IMG/VR virus record: IMGVR_UViG_3300031861_000001
Span: 1 to 64,000 of that record
Strand: one strand, 5' to 3'
Source: a virus
Lineage: Duplodnaviria; Caudoviricetes
DNA: 64,000 nucleotides
Below the pieces are notes generated by a model that saw only the letters and a list, made by a program, of their open reading frames with translations, was not told the DNA's origin and did no database searches. How positions within the stretch are numbered: position 1 is the first letter of the stretch; each line of letters begins with the position of its first letter. Shown one piece after another: positions 55,231 through 64,000 of this stretch. A program made the translations under genes and the position numbers.

Positions 55231-55670
55231 GATCCCATTGTAAATTTTAAAAAGTCAATTGCAGATCTTATATTATATCCTCTAGTATTTAGGGACTTGA
55301 TAATTGATTCTAAAAATTCCACTTTAAGTTTTGTATATTCTAATTTTTCATCTGCTTTAATCAAATCTTCATCCCCTGCAAGATATGTTTCTATTTTAGG
55401 TTCATATCCTTTAATTATTTTGAACATAAATGGTTCCCAACCAAGTTTTTCTAATTCTTCCTGACTCATTTTACCTGCGTAATAAATGGTCTTTATTTTT
55501 AGAAGTTTCTTTTTTTCATAGAATAATTTTTTTTGTTGGAGGGCTTCATCATTATATATTCCCAAATATTTACTGTGGAGGTTAGGAATCTTTAACAGTT
55601 CTACATCTAATTTTGTATCATCGAGTTGACAATCTTTTTGCCAAATCTCTTGAATTTCACTTAATTTCAT
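55227..55670 (-). CDS. uvsY: recombination mediator UvsY
   Basis: IPNLHSKYL...YYAGK...YLAGDEDL...RGYNIRSAIDF. Confidence 0.92.
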   Translation of the reverse strand: MKLSEIQEIWQKDCQLDDTKLDVELLKIPNLHSKYLGIYNDEALQQKKLFYEKKKLLKIKTIYYAGKMSQEELEKLGWEPFMFKIIKGYEPKIETYLAGDEDLIKADEKLEYTKLKVEFLESIIKSLNTRGYNIRSAIDFLKFTMGS

Positions 55671-55674
55671 ATTA

Positions 55675-56199
55675 TTATTTGTCTGATGGATTTAACCTTG
55701 TCATTTCGTAGTAGTTATATTGAAAAGAGATATCTGCAGTTAAATATGTGATTTCTGATGCTGTTATATCCATACTAATGGATGATATAGTTTTGGGCCA
55801 TACATCAAAAAAATCAAATCTTAATGCTGGATTTTTGGAACCGGTAAGAATAAACAAAGATGCATTTGTTTTAATTTTTTCTGCTATTTTAGCTCTTGCA
55901 TATTGTCGAAAACTTTCAGGCTTACCTAATCCAATTATCCATTGTTGAATTTCCTGCCAATTGTGCATATATTCATCAACAATCATTGTTATAGAAAATT
56001 CATCATATGTAAGATTATCGCCGGCTACCCAATGTTGCCTGTGAGGAGTTGCTACTGGAACTTCTGAAATAGAAACTCCAGGTATATTTGCAGTTTGACA
56101 GTAAAATTGTGTTTCAGGTAGATTTGTACATACAAACCTAAAACCGGTAGGTGAAAGGTAATTAATATTATCTGGTTGTTTTACAGCAGTGGTAACCAT
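55675..56199 (-). CDS. gp3: tail completion / sheath stabiliser gp3
   Basis: NYLSPTGFRF...QTANIPG...IVDEYM.NW.EI..WI. Confidence 0.9.
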   Translation of the reverse strand: MVTTAVKQPDNINYLSPTGFRFVCTNLPETQFYCQTANIPGVSISEVPVATPHRQHWVAGDNLTYDEFSITMIVDEYMHNWQEIQQWIIGLGKPESFRQYARAKIAEKIKTNASLFILTGSKNPALRFDFFDVWPKTISSISMDITASEITYLTADISFQYNYYEMTRLNPSDK

Positions 56200-56216
56200 T
56201 TAAACTTTCTGGACAC

Positions 56217-56252
56217 AAAAAAAGGGTAAGGAATTCTAGACCCCTTACCCTT
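56217..56252 (-). terminator. rho-independent terminator after gp23
   Basis: AAGGGTAAGG/CCTTACCCTT 10 bp stem followed by a U-run. Confidence 0.88.
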
Positions 56253-56259
56253 ATTTATA
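56252..56259 (-). promoter_or_regulatory. late promoter
   Basis: Exact TATAAATA between gp23 and gp3. Confidence 0.7.
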
Positions 56260-56279
56260 CCACTTAATTTAATACAAGA

Positions 56280-57608
56280 TTACATCAAGTTTGTAACTAG
56301 ACATCGTCTGTAATAAACGTTTGTGTTATATGTGAGTGATCCATCACTGGATGCAGCGGTTCCTGTTGAGAAAGGATTCGATACCATTCCGTATCGTGTT
56401 TTGAATCCAATCTTTGGCTGGAAGGAATTCTCACCAACCGCACGTACCATTTGTAGTGGAACGTATGGGCAATAGAAAAGTCCTGCGTCATAAGCTGACG
56501 AACCTTTATATCCAATCACAAACCAATTTGTATCTTGGATTGTAGCATATGGATCAACATATACTTTGTAACGACCATTAAGAGTACCAGCAAAAGTTGA
56601 TTGTGTATCATCAACATTCAACGATCCACCTGGAACGGCAGATTGATAATCAAGTACACCAGCCATTTGCAATGCGGAAGCAACATCCGAAGAAGTCATA
56701 AGGATATTACCTTTTCCTCTACGTGTGTCGTGCCCGATAGCATTAGCTTCGCGCTCAATCTGGAACATTAGTCCCTTAAATTTTTCAACCATCCAACGAC
56801 CGTTTGAATCAACATCCATATCGAATGTCCCGGCTGTGGCTACGTTGTTCTGGGCACCAGTTTTGGCGTTACCATAAATTGTTCGGATAACTTCGCGGTT
56901 AATTTCCGATAGAATCTCTGAACTTAAAATATTAGAAAGTTCAGTTTCAGCATCAAGACCATGAATTGCTTTTAAGTCTTGAGCCAATTCCATTGTATAT
57001 TCGCCTTTAAGTGCGCGTGTTTTCGCTGTAACAGTTACCTTATCGATTGAAAAGGCCATTTCAGCAAAAGCATTTGCAGCACTATCGCCCATTGCTTCAC
57101 CTAAAGTCGTAGTCATTCCACGACCTGGGAGATATGCAAGTGAACTAGTTGAGGCAGCCGCAGGGTTACCATTGGAAGTGTGTGCTGATGTTGCAGCAGC
57201 GTTTCCACCAGTAATACCGGAATCAGCTTCACTGAAAAGTGCTTCTGAACCAGTTTGACTAGCATAACGGGACTTCATGGCGAAAATTAAGCCAGTAGGA
57301 CCTGTCATAGGTTGAACACCGCAAACATCGTATGCGATTAAGAGAGGCATACTTCTGCGAACCAAGGAAATAAGTACTGGGTCATAACCTTTGATATTTC
57401 CAGCAGTAGTACCCATACCGGCACCAACTGCGTTCGTAGGAGAACTCTCAAATAAAAGCGAAGACCCGCCTTCTTCCTGAATTGACTTCTCTTCATTCTC
57501 TAACAGAACTGCTGTAACAGCTTTCCTGTAAGAATCTTGAATTGCGGGAAGATCAGGATGGTCGAGTACAGGACCCCACTTCTCTTGTAAATTTTCTGAC
57601 AAAAACAT
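56280..57608 (-). CDS. gp23: major capsid protein gp23
   Basis: LQEKWGPVL...DPVLISLVRR...QPMTGPTGLIFA...FQPKIGFKTRYG. Confidence 0.99.
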   Translation of the reverse strand: MFLSENLQEKWGPVLDHPDLPAIQDSYRKAVTAVLLENEEKSIQEEGGSSLLFESSPTNAVGAGMGTTAGNIKGYDPVLISLVRRSMPLLIAYDVCGVQPMTGPTGLIFAMKSRYASQTGSEALFSEADSGITGGNAAATSAHTSNGNPAAASTSSLAYLPGRGMTTTLGEAMGDSAANAFAEMAFSIDKVTVTAKTRALKGEYTMELAQDLKAIHGLDAETELSNILSSEILSEINREVIRTIYGNAKTGAQNNVATAGTFDMDVDSNGRWMVEKFKGLMFQIEREANAIGHDTRRGKGNILMTSSDVASALQMAGVLDYQSAVPGGSLNVDDTQSTFAGTLNGRYKVYVDPYATIQDTNWFVIGYKGSSAYDAGLFYCPYVPLQMVRAVGENSFQPKIGFKTRYGMVSNPFSTGTAASSDGSLTYNTNVYYRRCLVTNLM

Positions 57609-57654
57609 CGTTATCTCCTGAATGTTTTATTATAAACTATTAAAGTTGTTATTA

Positions 57655-58944
57655 TTATCTAACTTGTCGTGAAATAGCCGACATGTATCTATCCATTCCC
57701 TCTTGTAAATGAGTGGGAGTGGTTTCATCATCACTTGATGTTTCTACATCTTCGATACTCGCTGACTTGTCTTCTGTTGGAAAATAATTTTCCTTCAGTA
57801 CTTCAACCTTCTGTTCAAAGTCATCTGCATCTTCAGCATCTACATTTTCAGCCAATTCCGCTACTTTTTCTTTTTGGGTTTCAGTTAAGTCTTTTGTAAT
57901 AGCACCTAAGACTTTATCTTTTTTAAACTTTGTAAGTTCTGTTTGAACTTCTATGTTCTTTTGGATCTGATTGTTAAGTTGCTCTTCCAATCCTTCTACT
58001 TTTGTGAACAGATCGTCAACAACATCAACTTTCTCTTCTGGGATTGTAATATAGTGCTCTGTAAACAGATCTTTAAGACCAACTAAGAATCCTTCAGTCA
58101 ATTCTGTGCGAATTCCTTTTTCAATGGCAAGTTTATTTTCCTTGACCCATTCTTCAGAAACGTAGTTAAGATAGCTGTCTACCTTATTAACAATTTCTTC
58201 TTTGTATTCGTCGATCTCTTCTGCAAGTTGAGTTTGAATTTTTTCTTCGAGCTCTTGCTCTTTCTCAACTACTATTTGATTAACTTTAGCTTGGACGGCT
58301 GCTTCAAAGATAGTACTAGCCTTTTCTTTGAAAGCATCTGAAAGTTCTTCACCTTCAGTTAACGCATCGATATCATCTTGAACATCAAGAGGTTTGGTGT
58401 CAGTTTCTTCCTCCGTATTCTCTTGTATGCTTAGGGAACCAAGAATAGATTCGAAATTTGCGGCAATCTGATCTTTTTTCAATTTGCCTAATTTTTCATA
58501 AACAGCAGCCATCATTCCGGCTTTTGTTTTAGGCTGTAGATCTTCTTTTACCTTATCCATTGGTTCGCCCTTATCAGAGTTTTTAGCTTTACCCTTAACT
58601 GGGTTACCCATGGCTGTTCCGGAGCCTTTTACTTGGTTTGGATCAGCAGGTTCAGAACCGTGGTCACCTTCTACTTTTTCAGCAGAATCGCCTTTTCCGG
58701 GTTTGGGTTTATTGTCCGCCTCTTGTACCTTTTTGCGTGCTTCCTGAACAAGACCTATCTCTTCCAATAACTCATCTGTCTCTTGGGAAGATAGACCTTC
58801 TTCTACGCATCGTGTTTTAATTTGTTCAACGAGCTCTTCCCTTGCCTCGCCGTCTAATTCCAATGCTTGTTGAGCTAAAGTTTCTAGTTCATTCACACTA
58901 TTGGCAAGAGACTGCTGTTTTTGGACAGTTTCTTGTTCAGACAT
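57655..58944 (-). CDS. gp22: prohead scaffolding protein gp22
   Basis: ELSDAFKEKASTIFEAAV...YLNYVSEEWVKEN..AIEKGIRTEL. Confidence 0.95.
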   Translation of the reverse strand: MSEQETVQKQQSLANSVNELETLAQQALELDGEAREELVEQIKTRCVEEGLSSQETDELLEEIGLVQEARKKVQEADNKPKPGKGDSAEKVEGDHGSEPADPNQVKGSGTAMGNPVKGKAKNSDKGEPMDKVKEDLQPKTKAGMMAAVYEKLGKLKKDQIAANFESILGSLSIQENTEEETDTKPLDVQDDIDALTEGEELSDAFKEKASTIFEAAVQAKVNQIVVEKEQELEEKIQTQLAEEIDEYKEEIVNKVDSYLNYVSEEWVKENKLAIEKGIRTELTEGFLVGLKDLFTEHYITIPEEKVDVVDDLFTKVEGLEEQLNNQIQKNIEVQTELTKFKKDKVLGAITKDLTETQKEKVAELAENVDAEDADDFEQKVEVLKENYFPTEDKSASIEDVETSSDDETTPTHLQEGMDRYMSAISRQVR

Positions 58945-58977
58945 TTACAATCTCCTATGAATATTAATTACTGTATA

Positions 58978-58985
58978 TATTTATA
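58978..58985 (-). promoter_or_regulatory. late promoter
   Basis: Exact TATAAATA upstream of gp22, with AGGAG RBS. Confidence 0.85.
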
Positions 58986-58988
58986 AAA

Positions 58989-59642
58989 TTAAAGTCTTGA
59001 TAAAAACTTTTCAAAGGAGTCAACGTAAATAGAATCGTCCCTGTTCTTTTTAGCAAATTCTTTAACTATATCGTTTTTGATTTCTTGAACTTCAGCTTCT
59101 TTTAAAATGCCGTTTTCCCAAATCCATTCTTTGCCTTCCATTATGCCTTCTACGAAAGCCATGGGGGCTGATGGATCTGCGACAATATCTCCAGCTGTTG
59201 CAAGATGAAAATCATTTTGTACTATTTGAGCACCACCTGCAGTTTTCAGAGAACCCATTCCTCTGGAACTTACACCTAATTTCGCACCTTCGTCAATTAG
59301 GTTTTTAACAATTTTTCCGTATGGAGTTTCCATAATTTTCGCCTTACCCATAAAATTGGGGCCATCTTGTTTTAACTCTTTAATCATGTGTGAAACTCTT
59401 TCCAGATTAATTGTAGGGCCATCTGGATGACCTAGTTCGCCGAATGCCCTATTTGTTTTAATGTATTGGTTACTATAGCGATCTACTTCTTTTGCCATAG
59501 TTTCCATAGGGTAAATGCGACCATTTCGGTTTTTTTGTTCTGCTTGAAGAAAAACGCCTTTAATGAAATAATTCTTTTCTTTTCCCTCTGGTGATTCAAC
59601 CAAAGTTTCGACATTTTCGTTAATTTCGCATATTAGCTTCAT
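58989..59642 (-). CDS. gp21: prohead protease gp21
   Basis: NRNGRIYP...GELGHP...GVSSRGMGS...DIVADPSAP. Confidence 0.98.
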   Translation of the reverse strand: MKLICEINENVETLVESPEGKEKNYFIKGVFLQAEQKNRNGRIYPMETMAKEVDRYSNQYIKTNRAFGELGHPDGPTINLERVSHMIKELKQDGPNFMGKAKIMETPYGKIVKNLIDEGAKLGVSSRGMGSLKTAGGAQIVQNDFHLATAGDIVADPSAPMAFVEGIMEGKEWIWENGILKEAEVQEIKNDIVKEFAKKNRDDSIYVDSFEKFLSRL

Positions 59643-59651
59643 CGTTTTTCC

Positions 59652-59918
59652 TTAATAACTTGATCGTGCTACTGGTGTATATTGAGCATTCGTAACACTA
59701 CACTTAATGAATTGGTCTGCGTCTTTTTGTATAATTTGAGTTACACTTGCCGGTAATGAAATAGACCCAACTACTGTTCCGTTAGTATTACCTTCAGTTC
59801 CATCACTATCTATGATAGTAATTAATGTAACAGCGGTAGTAGTTACTGCCACAGCAGTAGCGTTTCCTAAACTTAAATTTGTTGCTGTACTAACAGTATT
59901 TGCAGCTTTTAATTTCAT
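59652..59918 (-). CDS. hypothetical head-region protein
   Basis: 88 aa, downstream of an exact TATAAATA. Confidence 0.6.
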   Translation of the reverse strand: MKLKAANTVSTATNLSLGNATAVAVTTTAVTLITIIDSDGTEGNTNGTVVGSISLPASVTQIIQKDADQFIKCSVTNAQYTPVARSSY

Positions 59919-59945
59919 ATCTATATTTCCTAAAGTGTATAGTTT

Positions 59946-59953
59946 TATTTATA
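59946..59953 (-). promoter_or_regulatory. late promoter
   Basis: Exact TATAAATA overlapping the upstream stop. Confidence 0.75.
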
Positions 59954-60248
59954 CGAATCTTTTCCTTTGCATTGCTTTGTTTGCAGCCACACGTTTCTTG
60001 GCAGTTTGGGCAGTTTGTGATGGATCCTCATCCCATCCAACCCATTTACCGTTTTTATCATAACCACGATTAGCCAACTCTTCTAATGCTGCTTTTTTAG
60101 CGTTAATTTTTCCATTTGCTATAGCAATCACAAGCTTCATATGCATTGTTTGGAACATAAATTCAGGATTTTCTTCATCACTGATTTCATTTAACTCTTG
60201 ACGTTGATCTGTTGGTAAAAAAGATTCCCTATTATACTTAAACATCAT
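59949..60248 (-). CDS. head-region protein (gp68-like position)
   Basis: 99 aa between portal and protease; contains ELNE, a gp21-type site. Confidence 0.55.
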   Translation of the reverse strand: MMFKYNRESFLPTDQRQELNEISDEENPEFMFQTMHMKLVIAIANGKINAKKAALEELANRGYDKNGKWVGWDEDPSQTAQTAKKRVAANKAMQRKRFV

Positions 60249-60411
60249 CTTCCTTAAACATTGTTTCTACGTGATCTTTTTTAAGTTCCGTTACTCTATT
60301 AGTAGAATTAGTTGATAGAACATCTTGTACAGTTGTACGTGCTTTATAATCTCTACCTGCAATAATATCGTCTATTATTGTTGCTACTATTTCTCTACCT
60401 TTATTTTCCAA
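60238..60411 (-). CDS. small prohead core protein (gp67-like position, TTG start)
   Basis: Not in track. LENKGREIVATIIDDIIAGRDYKARTTVQDVL...KKDHVETMFKEDDV directly follows the portal gene. Confidence 0.55.
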   Translation of the reverse strand: MENKGREIVATIIDDIIAGRDYKARTTVQDVLSTNSTNRVTELKKDHVETMFKEDDV

Positions 60412-62113
60412 ACCTGCGCTCTTTCTTATTTAGGTTATAAAGACTTTTCAATGATTTTTCCCCTGTGAGTAATTCAGGTTTAACATCTTCACCTTTGGCT
60501 TGCATTCCTTGTGATGTTGCTAACCCTTGATCCTGTCCTGCTGCTGTAAATGGTTGTCCTCCTGTATTTGGATCGGCACCAGGCACAACATTAATTTTAT
60601 TTACAGCTGGAACTGCTGGTGGCATTCCTGATTGAGGTGGGTATTGATCGCCTTCACCTTCTGCTTCTTTTTCTTCTTTTTTAATTTGTTTTTCAATATT
60701 CTTTTGTTCTTCAGGTGTAAGTCTAAGAATCCTATCTTTAACAAATTGTTTAGAATAATAATTTCCAACTAATTCTTCTACATCTCTCATCATATTTAAT
60801 CTATCAGCCATTAACTCTTGTTGTTTCAATTCAGCAAAATGATTATCGGCTGCATAATTGAATCTAAGAGTTTCTTTTAACTTAGGCCATTCAGATGTAT
60901 GAATAACATTTTTAAGAATCAGTTGTTTTTCCAATATTTGATAAAACAAATGGGAAAACCTTATTCTAATTCTGTCAATGAATCTTGAAAATTTTAATTC
61001 ATCTCTACTAATTTCAGATGCTCTACCTAAAACAAAAGGTGTATCAGCTTCTAATCGCGATAAAGGAACATTTAATGATTGATATAACTTCCTTCTAAAG
61101 TAATCAACATCTTCCATTTCACCTAGATTCTGTCCGCCAGGCAAAGTAGAAATTTCTGTTCCTCTTCCACCTTCTCTTCGTGGAAGCCAATAATCTTCTA
61201 ACATTGACTGGTGCCTTCTATCATCTTTTACTTCACCAGTTGAAGCATTATATACTAATTTATTTTTATACCGAGTCATTATATCTTTAAGATATTGCTC
61301 AGCTTTTTGTTTAGGTAAGTTTCCTACATCAATATAAAATATACGTCTTTCAGGTGCTCTTGCTATTCTATAAATTACAACAGCATCTTCCAACATCCTT
61401 AGTTGATTTAACGACTTAATGGCTTTATGTAAATGGGAAATAACAAACTTCTTATCTTTTGTCATTATACCCGAATGGGCCATAATGATAGAATCAACAG
61501 CTACCTTAACACCCATTTGACTTGGGGTTAATAATCCTTTTTCATTAAACAAATAATATTCTTCAAATCTGGGCAATTTGAATTCTGACGGTGTTTGCCT
61601 TGGGTCTGGAATTATTTGTCTAACTTTTTTAATTTTAAAAGAATCAATTAATCTTAATTCCTGAATTCCTTTATCAGTATTTTTTGGATCTATCATTACA
61701 TGATAAAAAATCCTACCTTCAATATACCATCTCTTAAAAATATCATATGCTTGATTATTAAAATCAAGTAATTTTAAGATAAGTTCAAATTCATCTGCAA
61801 TTTTATCTTGGAGATTTTTTGATAAACCGGTGTGTGTTAGATCTAGGTCAACAGGATTTCGTGCTTGATTAGTAATTATGGCTTCTTGAATAATATTTTC
61901 AACTGCCATATCACATTCGGGATGTTCGCCCATATCCCTATATTTCATAATTAAGTCAGCATCAGTTTTTGCAACTGCTTCTAAATCAAGATAAGAAGCG
62001 AAAGCACCACCTGCCGAAGTGGCTTCAATAGCGCCTTCTTGATTTTCGGGGAAACTAAGAGCAGGTAAGTCTTGTTTCTTTTCTCTCTCTATATTAAATC
62101 CAAAAAGTTTCAT
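60401..62113 (-). CDS. gp20: portal protein gp20
   Basis: RWYIEGR, IYRIARAPERRIFYIDVGNLP and EDYWLPRREGGRGTEI. Confidence 0.99.
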   Translation of the reverse strand: MKLFGFNIEREKKQDLPALSFPENQEGAIEATSAGGAFASYLDLEAVAKTDADLIMKYRDMGEHPECDMAVENIIQEAIITNQARNPVDLDLTHTGLSKNLQDKIADEFELILKLLDFNNQAYDIFKRWYIEGRIFYHVMIDPKNTDKGIQELRLIDSFKIKKVRQIIPDPRQTPSEFKLPRFEEYYLFNEKGLLTPSQMGVKVAVDSIIMAHSGIMTKDKKFVISHLHKAIKSLNQLRMLEDAVVIYRIARAPERRIFYIDVGNLPKQKAEQYLKDIMTRYKNKLVYNASTGEVKDDRRHQSMLEDYWLPRREGGRGTEISTLPGGQNLGEMEDVDYFRRKLYQSLNVPLSRLEADTPFVLGRASEISRDELKFSRFIDRIRIRFSHLFYQILEKQLILKNVIHTSEWPKLKETLRFNYAADNHFAELKQQELMADRLNMMRDVEELVGNYYSKQFVKDRILRLTPEEQKNIEKQIKKEEKEAEGEGDQYPPQSGMPPAVPAVNKINVVPGADPNTGGQPFTAAGQDQGLATSQGMQAKGEDVKPELLTGEKSLKSLYNLNKKERRFGK

Positions 62114-62146
62114 AATATATTTCTATTTAAATGTTCTGAATGCAAA

Positions 62147-62692
62147 TTACTTGATATTTGCTTGTTCATGGGTATAGTAATCATACTGCCAATCTACCGT
62201 GAATTCTTGAATTGTATTCCCTGAATCCCAACTAAGATCAATAGCTGATATATTTGATGGCCACGCTCCTATGATTTTCCACTCTTGATCTTTTTCGCCA
62301 TCTTTTTTAAACATTTTTAATGTCATTTGAGTCGTATATTTGGTTCTCGAACTAAAAATGTCCTTTTTGGCCACATTAGATTTATGACCATTAAGTAGTA
62401 CCATCCATTTTTCAAGTGCGGCCTTCAGAGTATGCCCTTCATCATTGACAACTGTGGTAGACAAAGCAGGAAATTCTCTGCTTTCTCCGGCAACTTTTAT
62501 ATTGCGGCCAAAATAAGGCACTTCAATTGGGGTTAGCATAGAAGGAGGAATCTGAGCTCCCTTACACAAATATTTCCAATCTGAAGTTGCACCACCACCG
62601 GGAACTGTTCCCAAGGTCATTTCCATGAGATTAGTTCTGGCTCCACCACCAATTAATTTGCTTGTGAATGTACTTATTCTAAAATCTGCCAT
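62147..62692 (-). CDS. gp19: tail tube protein gp19, paralogue 2
   Basis: GGARTNL...CKGAQIP...YFGRNIKVAG...FTVDWQYDY. Confidence 0.9.
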   Translation of the reverse strand: MADFRISTFTSKLIGGGARTNLMEMTLGTVPGGGATSDWKYLCKGAQIPPSMLTPIEVPYFGRNIKVAGESREFPALSTTVVNDEGHTLKAALEKWMVLLNGHKSNVAKKDIFSSRTKYTTQMTLKMFKKDGEKDQEWKIIGAWPSNISAIDLSWDSGNTIQEFTVDWQYDYYTHEQANIK

Positions 62693-62704
62693 GTTTAAAA
62701 ATCC

Positions 62705-63265
62705 TTATGCGCCGGTAGTTACTCCGGTATGTTCCCAATAATCATAAGCCCAAGTAACTGTGTATTCCATTATTGCATCATTTGGGTCCCAATTGACATC
62801 AACTTGATCCAAGGAAGTAGGAAAACAATTTTCAAACTTATATATTTGATCGTCCCCACCAGTTTTACTATATGTTTTCACACTCATATCCGCAATATAA
62901 CCTGTAAGTTTATTTAACATTGTAGAATCACGAACGTTGCCCTGATGAGAATTTAATTTATTCATCCAGCTTTCTATTTGGTTTCTGATTGGATAACCTT
63001 CATCATTTATAATGGTTGTGGTTAAGTCCTCAAAAGTTCTATTTCCTGGAATTTTTACTGCTCGACCAAAATAATTTACGGTTGTAATGCCTAAAGCATT
63101 TGCCGGAATTTGCACACCCTTACACATAAAGGTCATGCCTGGACTTACTCCAGTTGTTGATGTATCTCCTTTAAGAGTAATTGCTACATCGAAAAGGGTA
63201 GCTCTGGCGCCCCCTTTAGTTAGTTTTGATATAAAACTATTTTGTCCATCTACTACAAATGCCAT
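62705..63265 (-). CDS. gp19: tail tube protein gp19, paralogue 1
   Basis: GGARATLF...CKGVQIP...YFGRAVKIPGNRTF...YTVTWAYDYW. Confidence 0.93.
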   Translation of the reverse strand: MAFVVDGQNSFISKLTKGGARATLFDVAITLKGDTSTTGVSPGMTFMCKGVQIPANALGITTVNYFGRAVKIPGNRTFEDLTTTIINDEGYPIRNQIESWMNKLNSHQGNVRDSTMLNKLTGYIADMSVKTYSKTGGDDQIYKFENCFPTSLDQVDVNWDPNDAIMEYTVTWAYDYWEHTGVTTGA

Positions 63266-63297
63266 TTAAACCCCTAATATTATTGTATAATTATCTT

Positions 63298-63305
63298 TAT
63301 TTATA
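63298..63305 (-). promoter_or_regulatory. late promoter
   Basis: Exact TATAAATA overlapping the gp18 stop, upstream of gp19. Confidence 0.8.
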
Positions 63306-64000
63306 CAGCATTCACAACTTCTTCAAAATCTACACCACTTCGTACTGCAACAAAATTGAGCAAGATGAAGTTAATGGATTTCGTAGGTTTAATGAATATG
63401 CTACCAATAAACTCGTTTCGATCTATAACTTCTTGTGTATTATTTGATTCGTCACAAATTACAGAAAAGTCTGTGATACCACCTCTTCCTTGAATATCTC
63501 TGAGAAATGGTTCTACTGACGAAACAAAAGATGCTCGTGTGAAATCATCGTTGAACTCAAACATTGAGAACTGTGCGAAATTAGCAATGGATTTTTCCAA
63601 AGTAATGAACAATCTACGTACATTAATTCTATCAAACGCTGAAGGTTTGGCCAATAATGTTTTATCACCAAATAGTAACGTTCCTTGTCCTGAAAAAGAA
63701 ACAACTGGATTTACACCATTTTTATAAAGATTGTCTCTTTCTGTTTTATTAGGATTCCATGCAAGCCGTGCTACACTTTTTACTTGACCTCTATTGAAGC
63801 CAGCTGGCGAAAAGAAGAAATCTCTTTCTAATGTTGTTCTTACAACAAGGCCAGCTACATCTGGATTTAATGGAATATATCTAAACGTATCATTATACTT
63901 GTCATATTGATATTTCCATCCAGAATCTATAACTGCATATGAAGTACTGGGCAAATTATTTCTAAAATCATTAATTGCTGTAACTTCTCCGCCGTCATTA
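63301..64000 (-). CDS. gp18: tail sheath protein gp18 (C-terminal part; gene starts beyond the window)
   Basis: WKYQYDKYND...SPAGFNRG...FDRINVRRLF...IFIKPTKSINFI; the frame is open to 64000. Confidence 0.97.
   Translation of the reverse strand, partial: NDGGEVTAINDFRNNLPSTSYAVIDSGWKYQYDKYNDTFRYIPLNPDVAGLVVRTTLERDFFFSPAGFNRGQVKSVARLAWNPNKTERDNLYKNGVNPVVSFSGQGTLLFGDKTLLAKPSAFDRINVRRLFITLEKSIANFAQFSMFEFNDDFTRASFVSSVEPFLRDIQGRGGITDFSVICDESNNTQEVIDRNEFIGSIFIKPTKSINFILLNFVAVRSGVDFEEVVNAV

Noticed and set aside
1-64000. tRNA, rRNA, integrase, intron or intein
   Set aside because: No cloverleaf or T-loop motif was seen in the few short intergenic gaps. The core genes have normal length with no homing-endonuclease or intein motifs.

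Overview
This window is a gene-dense, AT-rich fragment of a T4-like (Kyanoviridae/pelagiphage-like, probably marine) myovirus genome, with essentially all genes on the minus strand. The right end (48.5-64 kb) holds the T4 core: gp18 (partial), two gp19 paralogues, gp20, gp21, gp22, gp23, gp3, uvsY, uvsW, gp55, gp47 and gp46. Several gp55-type TATAAATA late promoters and a terminator after gp23 lie in this core. The middle holds def, queD/queE, a formyltransferase/glycosyltransferase block and a long tail-fibre module. Fused to that module is a set of tailoring enzymes (halogenase, four 2OG-Fe(II) oxygenases, a U32-methyltransferase fusion), followed by asnB-like, bS21, iscU, iscA and HtrA genes. 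The left end holds a 10 kb radical-SAM/amidinotransferase/aminotransferase/glycosyltransferase cluster and a small sigma70-driven operon. That operon encodes a MotA/ExbB + MotB/ExbD-like membrane motor pair and a SelW/Rdx-family gene the ORF track truncates. This gene reads C-S-S-UGA in frame and is followed 11 nt later by a SECIS-like hairpin, which makes it a candidate phage-encoded selenoprotein and the top finding. Two genes carry apparent -1 frameshifts. All family calls come from recognising motifs by eye; no database searches were run.
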